Origin: Fidelibacterota bacterium
Lineage (GTDB): Bacteria; Fidelibacterota; Marinisomatia; Marinisomatales; TCS56
Reading direction: 5' to 3'
Length of the DNA stretch: 64,000 nucleotides
Assembly: GCA_043822705.1 (NCBI GenBank)
Contig: JBDRBK010000115.1
Location: 59,800-123,799 of the forward strand
This document shows, one piece after another, positions 1 to 9,898 of this stretch. The position numbers and the translations under genes are program-made. Each line of letters begins with the position of its first letter. Positions within the stretch are counted from its first letter, which is position 1. The notes under the pieces were generated by a model that saw only the letters and a program-made list of their open reading frames with translations, searched no databases and was not told where the DNA came from.

Positions 1-1317
1 AGCACGATTCACGCCATGGGACCCTACGTGATTCCCAATATCCGGGTGCGCTCGACCGCCTGGTACACCAACCTGCCCACCACCGGCGCCTTCCGTGGTT
101 TCGGTTCGCCCCAGGCCACTTTCGGTCACGAGCGGATGCTGGACATCATCGCCGACAGCCTGGGTATCGATCCGGTGGAACTGCGGCTGAAAAACGTGCT
201 GCGAACCGGCGACCTGACCCAGACCGGCCAGAAATTATCCGTCAGTGTGGGTGCGGAAGAGACGATTACCCGCAGCCGGGACCGCTCGGATTGGAACGCC
301 GTTCGCTCGGCTCGGACGTCCGCCGGGCGCTACCTGAGCGGCATCGGGATCGCCGCCTCCCATTACGGCAATTGCCTGGGTGCCGCCGGCTGGGCGCTGG
401 ACGGGGCCGGCGCCAAAATCCAGATTCGCCGTGATGGTTCGGTGGCTGTTGCTTATGGACTGGCCGAGATGGGCCAGGGCGCCCTGACCGCCGTGACCCA
501 GATGACGGCCGAGGCGCTGGGGATCGATTCCGGCCGGATTACCGTGCCTGCGCCGAGTACTGACCTGGTACCGGACAGCGGTCCCGGCGTCGCCAGCCGC
601 AATGTGGTCATGACCGGCAACGCGATTCGTGATGCCGCCGCCAAACTGGCGCCGATCCTGAAAACCGCCGCCGCTGCCATGCTGGAAACCGATCCGGAAA
701 AAATTACGATTGCCGGCGACCGGATTCTGGTCGACGAGACCGAAAAATCCGACTTCGGCACCCTGGCCGATTACCTGTTCACCGGCAATTACCAGATGGA
801 TATGCTGGGCTGGTGGCACGTGCCGGCGCTGAATTACGATCCGGAAAAGGGGATCGGCGAGGCCTATTTTACCTATTCCTACGCCACCCATGTGGCTAAG
901 GTGCGGGTGGATCGCCTGACAGGGCTGGTCCACGTGGACAAAATCTGGGCTGCCCATGATATCGGTCAGGCCATCAATCCCGCCGGACTGGAGGGGCAGG
1001 TGGAAGGTGGTACGACCCAGGGCATCGGTTGGGCTTTGACCGAACAGTTCAAATTTGACCGCGGCCGGGTGCTGACCGGAAATCTTTCGACCTATTTATT
1101 GCCCACGGCCGCCGATGTAGGCGAGGTGGAAACGATCCTGGTGGAAGCCGCTGAACCGCTGGGTCCCTGGGGCGCCAAGGGTATCGGCGAACCGGCGGTG
1201 ATTCCCACGGCGGCGGCAATTGCCAACGCCGTCAGCCACGCCATCGGCGTGCAGTTGAATGAGATTCCGTTGACACCCGAAAAAGTGTTGGCCGCCATCG
1301 AAGGGAGAGACCGCTGA
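1..1317 (+). CDS. Xanthine dehydrogenase-family molybdopterin-binding subunit, 5'-truncated by the window edge
   Basis: Frame is open from base 1 (STIHAMGPY...). Motifs TGAFRGFGSPQ, EMGQG, GPGVASR, GQVEGG..QGIG, GAKGIGEP (catalytic Glu). Confidence 0.93.
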   Translation, partial: STIHAMGPYVIPNIRVRSTAWYTNLPTTGAFRGFGSPQATFGHERMLDIIADSLGIDPVELRLKNVLRTGDLTQTGQKLSVSVGAEETITRSRDRSDWNAVRSARTSAGRYLSGIGIAASHYGNCLGAAGWALDGAGAKIQIRRDGSVAVAYGLAEMGQGALTAVTQMTAEALGIDSGRITVPAPSTDLVPDSGPGVASRNVVMTGNAIRDAAAKLAPILKTAAAAMLETDPEKITIAGDRILVDETEKSDFGTLADYLFTGNYQMDMLGWWHVPALNYDPEKGIGEAYFTYSYATHVAKVRVDRLTGLVHVDKIWAAHDIGQAINPAGLEGQVEGGTTQGIGWALTEQFKFDRGRVLTGNLSTYLLPTAADVGEVETILVEAAEPLGPWGAKGIGEPAVIPTAAAIANAVSHAIGVQLNEIPLTPEKVLAAIEGRDR

Positions 1318-2642
1318 TGGATCTGATTCTGACCAACGGCCGGATCGCCAGTCCCGGTACCAATCCCGGGCTGATCGAGGAAGGTTTTATTGCTATCCAG
1401 GATGGCGTGATCGTCGCCGTCGGCGCCGCGTTGCCGGAAGGCCTGTCCGCCGGACAGGTCGTCGATCTGGCCGGTAAACTGGTGTTGCCGGGCATGATCA
1501 ACGCTCACACCCATTTATATTCGGCTCTGGCCTTGGGGATGCCCTGGCCGGCGGCGCCACCGCAGAATTTCGTCGAGAAACTGCAGAAAATCTGGTGGCG
1601 GCTGGACCGAGCCCTCGATACAGAATCCACCCGCGCCTCGTTTGCGGCGGGACTGTTGGATTGCCTCCACAGCGGGGTGACCACGGTGATCGACCACCAT
1701 TCCAGTCAGAATTTCATCGGCGGCTCGCTGGAGCTGCTGGCGGAAGTGGCCGAAACCATCGGAATCAATGTGGCGGCGGCCTTCGAAATCACCGATCGCA
1801 ACGGTCCCGCCGGATTCCAGGCCGGACTGCAAGAAAACCTCGATTTTTTTAATAATTATCGCAATCACCCCAACATCCGGCCGCTGATCGGTTTGCATGC
1901 ATCATTCACCCTGTTGGACGAGTCGTTGGCGACAATTCGCCGGACCCTGGGTGATGATTGTGATTGGGGTGTTCATATCCACGTTTCCGAAGATCAGGCC
2001 GACGAAACCGACGCCCGCAATCGTGGCTACCGCTCGGTGATCGACCGCCTGCAAGCCTTCGATCTGATCAATCAGTGCAGCCTGATTATTCACGGTCTTC
2101 ACATGCCGCCGGAGGATGTGGATATTCTGGCGCAGACCGGTGCCCTGCTGGTGCATAATCCCACCTCGAATGCCAACAACCGGGTCGGCATTTTGAGTGC
2201 CGCTACCGTCAACAGATTAAAAGCCGGACTAGGTACCGACGGCATGCAGGCCAATCTGCTGAACGAGGCCAAGGAAGGTACCCTGATCCGCAGCCACAGT
2301 CTGACGGGCGGGGCCGACAACCTGGATTACAGCCAACTCTTGTTCGATCACAATCCGGCGATCGCCTCGCGAATCTTCGGGCGGTCGATCGGCAAAATCC
2401 AGGTGGGGGCTTCCGCCGATCTGGCGATCTATGATTATTCCCCCCGGACGGAACTGTCCGCCGCCAATCTGAGCGGCCACCTGCTGTTCGGGCTGGATCG
2501 GCCCGAAGCGGTCATTATCAACGGAAAGTTTAAACTGCGTGACCGGCAATGCGTCACGCTCGACGAAGATGAACTACTGCACAAAGCGCGGTTCCAGTCA
2601 CGGAAATTATGGGCCGCCATGGAACAATTAACTGTGAGATGA
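1317..2642 (+). CDS. ssnA: SsnA-like amidohydrolase (metal-dependent, purine catabolism-linked)
   Basis: [52 protein letters not shown]; context with ygeY/ygfK/xdh. Confidence 0.85.
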   Translation: MDLILTNGRIASPGTNPGLIEEGFIAIQDGVIVAVGAALPEGLSAGQVVDLAGKLVLPGMINAHTHLYSALALGMPWPAAPPQNFVEKLQKIWWRLDRALDTESTRASFAAGLLDCLHSGVTTVIDHHSSQNFIGGSLELLAEVAETIGINVAAAFEITDRNGPAGFQAGLQENLDFFNNYRNHPNIRPLIGLHASFTLLDESLATIRRTLGDDCDWGVHIHVSEDQADETDARNRGYRSVIDRLQAFDLINQCSLIIHGLHMPPEDVDILAQTGALLVHNPTSNANNRVGILSAATVNRLKAGLGTDGMQANLLNEAKEGTLIRSHSLTGGADNLDYSQLLFDHNPAIASRIFGRSIGKIQVGASADLAIYDYSPRTELSAANLSGHLLFGLDRPEAVIINGKFKLRDRQCVTLDEDELLHKARFQSRKLWAAMEQLTVR

Positions 2643-3877
2643 AAATGGATTTTATGAAAATCAAACACCAGGCCGAATTTTACCGGTTCGACATGGTCCG
2701 CTTTCTGCGGGACATGATCGCGATTCCCGGTGAAAGCGGCCAGGAGGCAGCGGTGATTAAACGGGCCGCCGAGGAAATGGAAAAAGTCGGCTTCGACCGC
2801 ATCGAGATCGACGATTTCGGCAACCTGCGCGGCTGGCTGGGGCATGGCAAACACCTGATTGCCATGGACGGCCATATCGACACGGTAGGCGTCGGCAATC
2901 GTGCCAACTGGGAGTTCGATCCCTATTCCGGTAAAGAGGATGATGACTGTGTCTATGGTCGCGGCGCCTCCGATCAGGAAGGCGGGATTGCAGCGATGGT
3001 CTATGCCGGAAAAATTATCAAGGACCTGGGTCTGGAGGATGACTATACCCTGGTGGTAACGGCCACGATCCAGGAAGAGGACTGTGACGGTCTTTGCTGG
3101 CAGTATATCATCGATAAGACCGGACTGCGGCCGGAGTTCGTGGTGATCAGCGAACCGACCTCGTGCCGGGTCTACCGCGGCCAGCGCGGCCGGATGGAAA
3201 TCAAGGTCAGCACCAGCGGAATCAGCGCCCACGGTTCGGCGCCGGAACGGGGCGATAACGCTATTTACAAGATGGCGCCGATCCTGGCCGAACTGGAGCA
3301 GTTGAACGGTCGCCTGGCCGATCACGATTTTCTGGGCAAGGGATCGCTGACAGTGTCGGAAATTTTCTTTTCGTCACCCTCGCGCTGCGCCGTGGCCGAT
3401 GGCTGCTCGATCTCGATCGACCGACGCCTGACCTTCGGCGAAACCATGGAATCGGCCCTGGCCGAAATCCGGTCCCTGCCGGCGGTCCAAAAAGCCGGTG
3501 CCGAAGTGGCGCTCTACGATTACGACCGGCCGTCCTATCGCGGCGTCCGCTACCCGACCGCCTCCTATTTTCCGACCTGGTTGATCGACGCCGATCATCC
3601 CGCCACCCGGACCGTGGTGGATGCTTACCGCGGACTGTTCGGCAACGAACCGCTGGTCGACAAATGGACATTTTCCACCAACGGTGTAGCAATCATGGGC
3701 AAGTACGGGATTCCCTGCATCGGTTTCGGTCCCGGCCACGAAGACCAGGCCCACGCTCCCAACGAGCGCACCTGGAAAGAAGAGCTGGTCACCGCCGCCG
3801 CCGTCTACGCCACCATCCCCAAAATTTATGTGAACAATTATGCTGCTGGTGCCAAAACCGGAAGCGAGCTGGAGTAA
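2639..3877 (+). CDS. ygeY: YgeY-family M20 hydrolase (selenium metabolism-linked)
   Basis: [58 protein letters not shown] overlaps the ssnA stop (ATGA); start could be 2645. Confidence 0.92.
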   Translation: MKMDFMKIKHQAEFYRFDMVRFLRDMIAIPGESGQEAAVIKRAAEEMEKVGFDRIEIDDFGNLRGWLGHGKHLIAMDGHIDTVGVGNRANWEFDPYSGKEDDDCVYGRGASDQEGGIAAMVYAGKIIKDLGLEDDYTLVVTATIQEEDCDGLCWQYIIDKTGLRPEFVVISEPTSCRVYRGQRGRMEIKVSTSGISAHGSAPERGDNAIYKMAPILAELEQLNGRLADHDFLGKGSLTVSEIFFSSPSRCAVADGCSISIDRRLTFGETMESALAEIRSLPAVQKAGAEVALYDYDRPSYRGVRYPTASYFPTWLIDADHPATRTVVDAYRGLFGNEPLVDKWTFSTNGVAIMGKYGIPCIGFGPGHEDQAHAPNERTWKEELVTAAAVYATIPKIYVNNYAAGAKTGSELE

Positions 3878-3879
3878 CT

Positions 3880-4887
3880 ATGAAATTTGATAAGGAATTG
3901 ATCGATCGGCTGAAAGGCAAGCATTTCATCACCCTGCAGGACTGGTCCAAAGCGGACATCGATGCCCTGCTGGAACTTTCCGCCGACCTGAAACAGAAAT
4001 TCAAGACCGGTGAAATCACCGATTACCTGAAAAATCAGACCGTATTTCTGATGTTCTTCGAGCAGTCCACCCGCACCCGCAATTCCATGGAGGCGGGTAT
4101 CACCCAGTTAGGCGGGCATGCTCATTACCTGGACACCAGCACGATGCAGATATCCCACGGCGAATCGCCCAAGGACACGGCGGTGATTTTATCCCGCTAC
4201 GGGCATGCCATCGCCTGCCGCAACTGTTTCTGGGAGATCGGCAACAAGTATCTGAACGATATGGCGGAATGGTCGCCAGCACCGATCATTAACATGCAGT
4301 GCGATAAATACCATCCGCTGCAGGCCCTGGCCGACCTGCTGACGATGCAGGAAAAACTGGACAATCTGCAGGGTAAAAAAGTCTCGATCATCTGGGCCTA
4401 CGCCACCAGCCATAAAAAGCCGATATCGGTGCCGCTGTCACAGATTTTGTTGTTCCCGCGCTACGGCATGGATGTGACCCTGGCCCACCCCGAGGGCTAC
4501 GAGATGCCCGACTGGGCGCTGGCTCAGGCCCGGCGGAATGCGGCTGAAAACGGCGGCCGGTTCCGGATCACTCACGATCAGGATGCCGCCTATCAGGATG
4601 CCCAGATCGTGATCCCCAAGAACTGGGGCAGTTGGGTCAGCAACCAGAGCACCGCCGTTGTGGACGATCTGCTGGAAAAGAACCGTTACTGGAAATGCAC
4701 CGCCGAACGGATGAAATTGACCGCCGCCGCCCGGTACATGCACGCCTTACCGGCGGATCGCGGTAACGAAGTCGAGGATGCCGTCATCGACGGACCGCAG
4801 TCGATCGTTTACGACGAGGCGGAAAACCGCCTGCACACTTCCAAGGCCGTGATGGCCCTGACCATGGGAGGGATCGATCGTGGATAA
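3880..4887 (+). CDS. YgeW-like (knotted-type) carbamoyltransferase
   Basis: STRT carbamoyl-phosphate motif, HPLQ, MHALPADRG, EAENRLH; WAYATSHKKPISVP loop and PKNWG resemble YgeW/AOTCase rather than canonical ArgF. GGAG RBS before ATG 3880. Confidence 0.85.
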   Translation: MKFDKELIDRLKGKHFITLQDWSKADIDALLELSADLKQKFKTGEITDYLKNQTVFLMFFEQSTRTRNSMEAGITQLGGHAHYLDTSTMQISHGESPKDTAVILSRYGHAIACRNCFWEIGNKYLNDMAEWSPAPIINMQCDKYHPLQALADLLTMQEKLDNLQGKKVSIIWAYATSHKKPISVPLSQILLFPRYGMDVTLAHPEGYEMPDWALAQARRNAAENGGRFRITHDQDAAYQDAQIVIPKNWGSWVSNQSTAVVDDLLEKNRYWKCTAERMKLTAAARYMHALPADRGNEVEDAVIDGPQSIVYDEAENRLHTSKAVMALTMGGIDRG

Positions 4888-6349
4888 ATCGCCCGCCCGG
4901 ATTCTGGAAAATACCGTTCGGCGCTGCCGGGAAAACAATGTCATTATTCCCACCTATCGGCAGATGGCCAACCCCGACTTGATTCCGGCCGGGATCCGGC
5001 AGGAATTGCGTTCGATCGGGCTGTGGGACCTGAATCCCCGCAATCTGTTCCGAATCACCTGGAAGAATGAACCGGTGAAGCAGGGCGGGGGCTTTGGTCC
5101 GGTCAATTACCTGGAATTGCCCACAGCCCTGACCGGTGTACCGGCGCGGATTTTCGTCCTGCTGGGCAAATATTTTCCCACCGGTGCCCACAAGGTAGGC
5201 GCCACGTTCGGTCCGCTGGTCGAAAAGCTGGTGACCGGCAGGCTCGATCCCACCACCCAGAAAGCGTTGTGGCCCTCCACCGGTAATTACTGCCGCGGCG
5301 GCGCCTTTAATTCCTACCTGCTGGGGTGCCCGTCGATTGCGATCCTGCCGGAAGAAATGTCGGCGGAACGTTTCGCCTGGCTGAAGGAGATCGGTTCCGA
5401 GGTGATCGCCACTCCCGGCGGCGAAAGCAACGTCAAGGAGATATACGACAAGGTCAAGGAACTGGTGGCCGAGCGCGGCGACGAGATCGTGGTCCTGAAT
5501 CAGTTCGCCGAGATCGGCAATCCTCTCTGGCATTACGCCGTTACCGGTCCCGCCATGGCCGAAGTGTTCGCCGCCAAATGCGGCGACCGGGCCCGGTTCA
5601 GCGGAGTGTTCCTGACCCAGGGGTCGGCCGGCACCTTGGGCAGCGGTGATTACCTGAAAGAGATTTTCCCGGCCGTCAAGATCGGGGCTGGCGAGGCGCT
5701 GCAGTGCCCGACCCTGCTTTACAATGGCTTCGGCGCTCACCGCATCGAGGGGATTGGTGACAAGCACGTACCCTGGATTCACAATTTGCGCAACACCGAT
5801 ATGGTGGTTGCCATCGATGACAATATCGTCATGTCGGCCCTGCGCCTGTTCAACGAGCCAGCCGGTCAGCGGGTGCTGGAAGACCGCGGGGTTCCGGCTG
5901 CGTTTATCGAACAATTGCATCATTTCGGCATCTCCGGCATCGGCAACATCATCGGGGCGATTAAAATGGCCCGCTATTACGAAATGAACGAGAATGACGT
6001 CATCTTCACGGTAGCCACCGATTCCATGGAAATGTACCAGTCCCGGCTGGCCGAAGCAACCGCGCAGCAAGGCGAGTACGGTGCCACCCGGGCGGCGATC
6101 GATTTCGACGGGCGCTGGTGCGAGCTGGGTGTCGATAATCTGCTGGAATTGTCGCATTATGACCGCAAACGGATGCATAACCTGAAATATTTCACCTGGG
6201 TCGAGCAGCAGGGCAAGACGGCGGAAGAATTGAACGCCCAGTGGTACGACGAAAATTACTGGAAACGGCAGTACGCCCAGGTCGAAGAATGGGACCGGGC
6301 CATCGATGAATTCAACGAACGCACGGGAGTGATCGGAAAATACCGGTAA
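4880..6349 (+). CDS. PLP-dependent enzyme, fold type II (cysteine synthase/Trp synthase beta superfamily), unknown substrate
   Basis: PTGAHKVGA (PLP lysine), STGNYCRGG, GSAGTLG phosphate loop, HRIEGIGDK. Confidence 0.85.
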   Translation: MDKSPARILENTVRRCRENNVIIPTYRQMANPDLIPAGIRQELRSIGLWDLNPRNLFRITWKNEPVKQGGGFGPVNYLELPTALTGVPARIFVLLGKYFPTGAHKVGATFGPLVEKLVTGRLDPTTQKALWPSTGNYCRGGAFNSYLLGCPSIAILPEEMSAERFAWLKEIGSEVIATPGGESNVKEIYDKVKELVAERGDEIVVLNQFAEIGNPLWHYAVTGPAMAEVFAAKCGDRARFSGVFLTQGSAGTLGSGDYLKEIFPAVKIGAGEALQCPTLLYNGFGAHRIEGIGDKHVPWIHNLRNTDMVVAIDDNIVMSALRLFNEPAGQRVLEDRGVPAAFIEQLHHFGISGIGNIIGAIKMARYYEMNENDVIFTVATDSMEMYQSRLAEATAQQGEYGATRAAIDFDGRWCELGVDNLLELSHYDRKRMHNLKYFTWVEQQGKTAEELNAQWYDENYWKRQYAQVEEWDRAIDEFNERTGVIGKYR

Positions 6350-6368
6350 TGACTGACAGAGCAGCGGA

Positions 6369-7616
6369 ATGATGGAACTGGAGCAACGTTTGCAAGGCTA
6401 TCGCTGTCTGGAGTGTGGCAAGCTCCAGCCGCCGGAGCCATTCCCCTATACCTGCGGCAGTTGCGGCGCCAATCTGGACGCCGTTTATAATTATGATGTG
6501 ATCGGCCGACACTGGGATCGGCCGAGACTGGCCGGCACTCGCGATCGATCGCTGTGGCGCTACGCTCCCTTGTTACCGGTTATCGAACCGCTGGCTGGTT
6601 GCTCAATTCAGGTGGGCGGCACACCGCTGGTGGCGGTTCCCCGCCTGGCCGATGAAATTGGTATAACAAACCTGTGGATCAAGGATGATACGCGCAATCC
6701 TTCGGGCAGCCTGAAGGACCGGGCCTCGGAGGTCGGTCTGTGTCATGCCGCCGAAGCGGGACTCGAGACACTGGTGACCGCCTCCACCGGCAATGCAGCA
6801 GCCTCCCTGGCAGCCCTGGCGGCTTATCACGGCCGGCAGGCGGTGATTCTGGCCCCGGCTGACGCACCACCGGCCAAGCTGACCCAGATTCTGCAATATG
6901 GCGCGACCCTGTGTCCGGTGGACGGCAGCTATGACGATGCCTTCGATCTGGCCACGGTAGTTGCCGGTCACTTCGGCTGGTACCTGCGCAGCACCGGGAT
7001 CAACCCGGTCATGTCGGAAGGGAAGAAAACCGTTGCCCTGGAAATCGCCGAACAACTGGACTGGCAGGTGCCCGATTTCATCTTCGTGCCGGTGGGCGAC
7101 GGCTGCATCATCGGCGGTGTTTTCAAGGGATTCTTTGACCTGCTGCAGCTGGGTTGGATCGACCGGCTGCCACGGATCGTGGCGGTGCAGGCCGAGGGAT
7201 CGGCGGCGATCGTGCGGGCTCTGGAGGCGAATTCTGAAATTGTGGCGGTAGCGGCCAACACGGTGGCGGACAGCATCGCCGTTGACCTGCCCCGTGACGG
7301 ATTGAAAGCGCTACGGGCGGTGCGGGAATCAGATGGATTCGGAATCGTCGTCAGCGATGAAGCGATTTTACAGGCTCAGAAGAAGTTAGCGGAGACGACC
7401 GGTATTTTCGTCGAACCGGCTGCCGCCGCCGCCTTCGCCGGATTATTGCGTGCCCGCGAAGGTGACTTGATTAAAAGCGGCGAATCGGCGGTTGTACTGG
7501 CCACCGGCAGTGGACTGAAGGATATTGCCGCGGCTCAAAGAATACTATCCATCCCGGCTGCCATCCGGCCGGATATCGAATCATTTGTACAATTTATTGA
7601 AACGACCAGTAGGTAG
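6369..7616 (+). CDS. Threonine synthase-like PLP enzyme with N-terminal Zn ribbon
   Basis: CLECG...CGSCG, GGTPL, NPSGSLKDRAS, ASTGNAAASLA, VPVGDG, EPAAAA, TGSGLKD. Confidence 0.88.
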   Translation: MMELEQRLQGYRCLECGKLQPPEPFPYTCGSCGANLDAVYNYDVIGRHWDRPRLAGTRDRSLWRYAPLLPVIEPLAGCSIQVGGTPLVAVPRLADEIGITNLWIKDDTRNPSGSLKDRASEVGLCHAAEAGLETLVTASTGNAAASLAALAAYHGRQAVILAPADAPPAKLTQILQYGATLCPVDGSYDDAFDLATVVAGHFGWYLRSTGINPVMSEGKKTVALEIAEQLDWQVPDFIFVPVGDGCIIGGVFKGFFDLLQLGWIDRLPRIVAVQAEGSAAIVRALEANSEIVAVAANTVADSIAVDLPRDGLKALRAVRESDGFGIVVSDEAILQAQKKLAETTGIFVEPAAAAAFAGLLRAREGDLIKSGESAVVLATGSGLKDIAAAQRILSIPAAIRPDIESFVQFIETTSR

Positions 7617-7623
7617 CGAACTG

Positions 7624-8106
7624 ATGCTGTTTTCCGATAAACCCGAGTATTTTGACCTCAGCGTCACCATCAATGGCAAGTTGATCCGGCGAACGGTCCT
7701 GACTCACCTGCGCCTGCTGGATTTCTTACGGGATGACCTGCGCCTCACCGGCGCCAAGGAAGTCTGCGGCGAAGGTGAATGCGGTGCGTGCACCGTGATC
7801 CTGGATGGAAAAACGGTCAATTCCTGCCTGATCCTGGCGGTTGAGACCCACGGTTCGACAATTCAGACGATTGAGGGAATGACACCGGCCAGTGGATTTA
7901 CGGAATTGCAGAAGTCTTTCGTTGACCAGCATTCGGTCCAGTGCGGCTACTGCATTCCCGGAATGGTGCTGTCGGCGGATCAATTGCAGCGTGATTGTAA
8001 CAATCCTGACCACGAAGCTGTGAAGGAGGGGTTGACCGGGAATATCTGCCGCTGTACCGGTTATAAGAAAATTATTGCTGCCGTAGAAAAGGGGTCGGAC
8101 GGATGA
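7624..8106 (+). CDS. Xanthine dehydrogenase-family (2Fe-2S)-binding subunit
   Basis: CGEGECGACTV, NSCL, QCGYCIPG, GNICRCTGY. Confidence 0.93.
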   Translation: MLFSDKPEYFDLSVTINGKLIRRTVLTHLRLLDFLRDDLRLTGAKEVCGEGECGACTVILDGKTVNSCLILAVETHGSTIQTIEGMTPASGFTELQKSFVDQHSVQCGYCIPGMVLSADQLQRDCNNPDHEAVKEGLTGNICRCTGYKKIIAAVEKGSDG

Positions 8107-8939
8107 AATATTACCGGCCCGAAACGACGGCACAGTTATTCACCCTGTTGACTGATATACCGGCTAATCGCCGGACCCTGCTGGCGGGAGGAACCGATCT
8201 GCTGCCGCGTTATGAAAATGGATCAGCGCTGCCGGATAATCTGATCGATTTGAAAAAAATACCTGACTTCTGTGGGATAACCGAGTTTAGCGACCGGATC
8301 GAAATCGGCGCGCTCACTACGATCGAAATACTGAAAAATAACGCGCTGGTCCGTGATCATTTTCATGGCCTCTGGCTGGCGACGACCCAATTCGCCGGTG
8401 TGCAGATTCGACACCGGGCCACCCTGGGCGGCAATATCGTTAATGCATCACCGGCCGGCGATACATTGCCGGCACTTTACGCACACCGGGCGAAGCTGCG
8501 TCTAATCGGTCCTACGGCAGAGCGGGAAGTAGCGATCGCTGATTTTATATCCGGTCCCGGCAAAACTATCACCAGGGAGGATGAAATTCTGCAGGCCGTA
8601 ATCCTGCCGAAAAGCGCCGGCTTTTCCACCTTTTATAAGCTGGGACTGCGCCAGACAATGGCCATTTCGGTGGTGAATTTTGCCCTAGTCGGAAAGATTA
8701 TGTCCGGCGGATTCACTAATCTGACGATCGCCGCCGGGGCGGTGGCGCCGACGGTGAAATACCTTTTCCGGTTCAGCACTACTGTAGTGCAAGAAGGCCG
8801 CTCACTCGGCGATAGTATCGACCTGGTCGATGCGGACATCGCTCCGATTGATGATATCCGGGCTTCGGCTGACTACCGCCGCCGGGCACTGAAAAATGTG
8901 CTGGTGTTTACACTGCAAGAATTGGTGAATAAAGGATGA
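8103..8939 (+). CDS. Xanthine dehydrogenase-family FAD-binding subunit
   Basis: LAGGTDL, IGALTT, QIRHRATLGGNIVNASPAGD, PIDDIRASADYRR. Confidence 0.93.
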   Translation: MKYYRPETTAQLFTLLTDIPANRRTLLAGGTDLLPRYENGSALPDNLIDLKKIPDFCGITEFSDRIEIGALTTIEILKNNALVRDHFHGLWLATTQFAGVQIRHRATLGGNIVNASPAGDTLPALYAHRAKLRLIGPTAEREVAIADFISGPGKTITREDEILQAVILPKSAGFSTFYKLGLRQTMAISVVNFALVGKIMSGGFTNLTIAAGAVAPTVKYLFRFSTTVVQEGRSLGDSIDLVDADIAPIDDIRASADYRRRALKNVLVFTLQELVNKG

Positions 8940-8961
8940 CAGAGCAATGCTGCAGTTCAAA

Positions 8962-9263
8962 TTCGACCCCTTCAGGGTCATGGCCTCTGTGCAGAGGTAC
9001 TATCGGTTGCGCCGATAGTTATTCATATTCAATCCCTGCAGGATTGTTCTCTGGTACAATGCAAAGTAGGTTTTGCTGGAGTTTGACCCCTTCCAGGTCA
9101 GAGCCTCTGTGCAGAGGCCCTATCGGCCACACCGATAGTTATTCATATTCAATCCCTCCGGGATTGCTCAAACGGTGTTATACCGATTTCGAAAACTCCG
9201 AAGGAGTTTAATGTGAATAGACGGTTAAATTTGAATAATACGACAACCCCGGAGGGGTTGAAT
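8962..9263. repeat. Palindromic REP/STIR-like repeat cluster left of the Y1 transposase
   Basis: Two ~85-bp units (8962-9046, 9082-9166, period 120) of the form TTyGACCCCTTCAGGGTC...CCTCTGTGCAGAGG..TATCGG.....CCGATAG TTATTCATATTCAATCCCT..GGATTG, then an oppositely oriented unit ending CAACCCCGGAGGGGTTGAA (~9193-9262). Confidence 0.9.
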
Positions 9264-9268
9264 AAATA

Positions 9269-9715
9269 GTGTCAACATATACGCAAATATATTATCATAT
9301 CATTTTTTCGACTAAAAACAGGGTGCCCTGCCTTAAAGAAGCGGGCCGTGATGAATTATTCAAATATATCTGGGGTATTGTTAAAAATAAGGATTGCCAC
9401 CTGTATCGAATTAATGGCGTTGAGGACCACGTTCATATATTGATTAGCCTGAAACCAGCGGTTGCCCTCGCTGATTTGGTTAAAGATATTAAGGTAGCAA
9501 CCTCAATTTGGATAAAAGAACGGAATATTTTTCCACGATTCGAAGGCTGGCAGGGGGGATATGCCGCCTTTACATATGCGGACAAAGATAAAAACACCGT
9601 AATCAATTATATAAAAAACCAGGTTGAACATCATCGGAAGAGAAGTTTCCGCGAAGAGGTCGAAGCTCTGTTAAAAGAACATGGTGTTGATGTTGATGAA
9701 AGGTTTTTGGTTTGA
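9269..9715 (+). CDS. tnpA: IS200/IS605-superfamily Y1 (HuH) transposase, REP-associated type
   Basis: YYHIIFSTKNR, HuH motif DHVHIL, WQGGYAAF, catalytic YIKNQ..HH; no tnpB; AT-richer than neighbours. Confidence 0.92.
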   Translation: MSTYTQIYYHIIFSTKNRVPCLKEAGRDELFKYIWGIVKNKDCHLYRINGVEDHVHILISLKPAVALADLVKDIKVATSIWIKERNIFPRFEGWQGGYAAFTYADKDKNTVINYIKNQVEHHRKRSFREEVEALLKEHGVDVDERFLV

Positions 9716-9892
9716 CCCATTCAGGGTCATGGTCTCTGTGCAGAGGCGATATCGGTTGTGCCGATAGTTATCCAGGTTCAATCCCTTCGGAATTGCTCAA
9801 ACGGTGTGATACCAATTTCGAAAACTCCGCAGGAGTTTTATGTGAATAGACGATCAGATTGGAAAGAAACGGCAATCCCGGAGGGGTTGAAT
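9711..9892. repeat. Direct, diverged copy of the 9082-9263 palindromic block, right of the transposase
   Basis: Same unit, linker CTCAAACGGTGT.ATACC.ATTTCGAAAACTCCG.AGGAGTTT, and inverted unit, at an offset of 629 bp. Confidence 0.9.
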
Positions 9893-9898
9893 TAAACC

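Noticed and set aside
3664..3879. N-terminal extensions in the ORF track (3664, 7525, 25028, 45880, 49288 starts)
   Set aside because: They overlap upstream genes or intergenic DNA. Downstream ATGs match the family N-termini or have an RBS.
4784..6178. Long antisense ORFs (e.g. 4784-6178, 20744-21865, 30690-31802, 47777-48688)
   Set aside because: Shadows of well-supported genes on the opposite strand, expected with GC-rich codon usage; no motifs.
8936..9211. 91-aa ORF with an internal repeat
   Set aside because: It is a translation of the palindromic DNA repeats (120-bp period), with no protein-family motif.
8962..9892. Integron attC cassette array or CRISPR
   Set aside because: No integron integrase, no cassette ORFs between units, and no constant repeat-spacer pattern. 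The association with a Y1 transposase explains the repeats.
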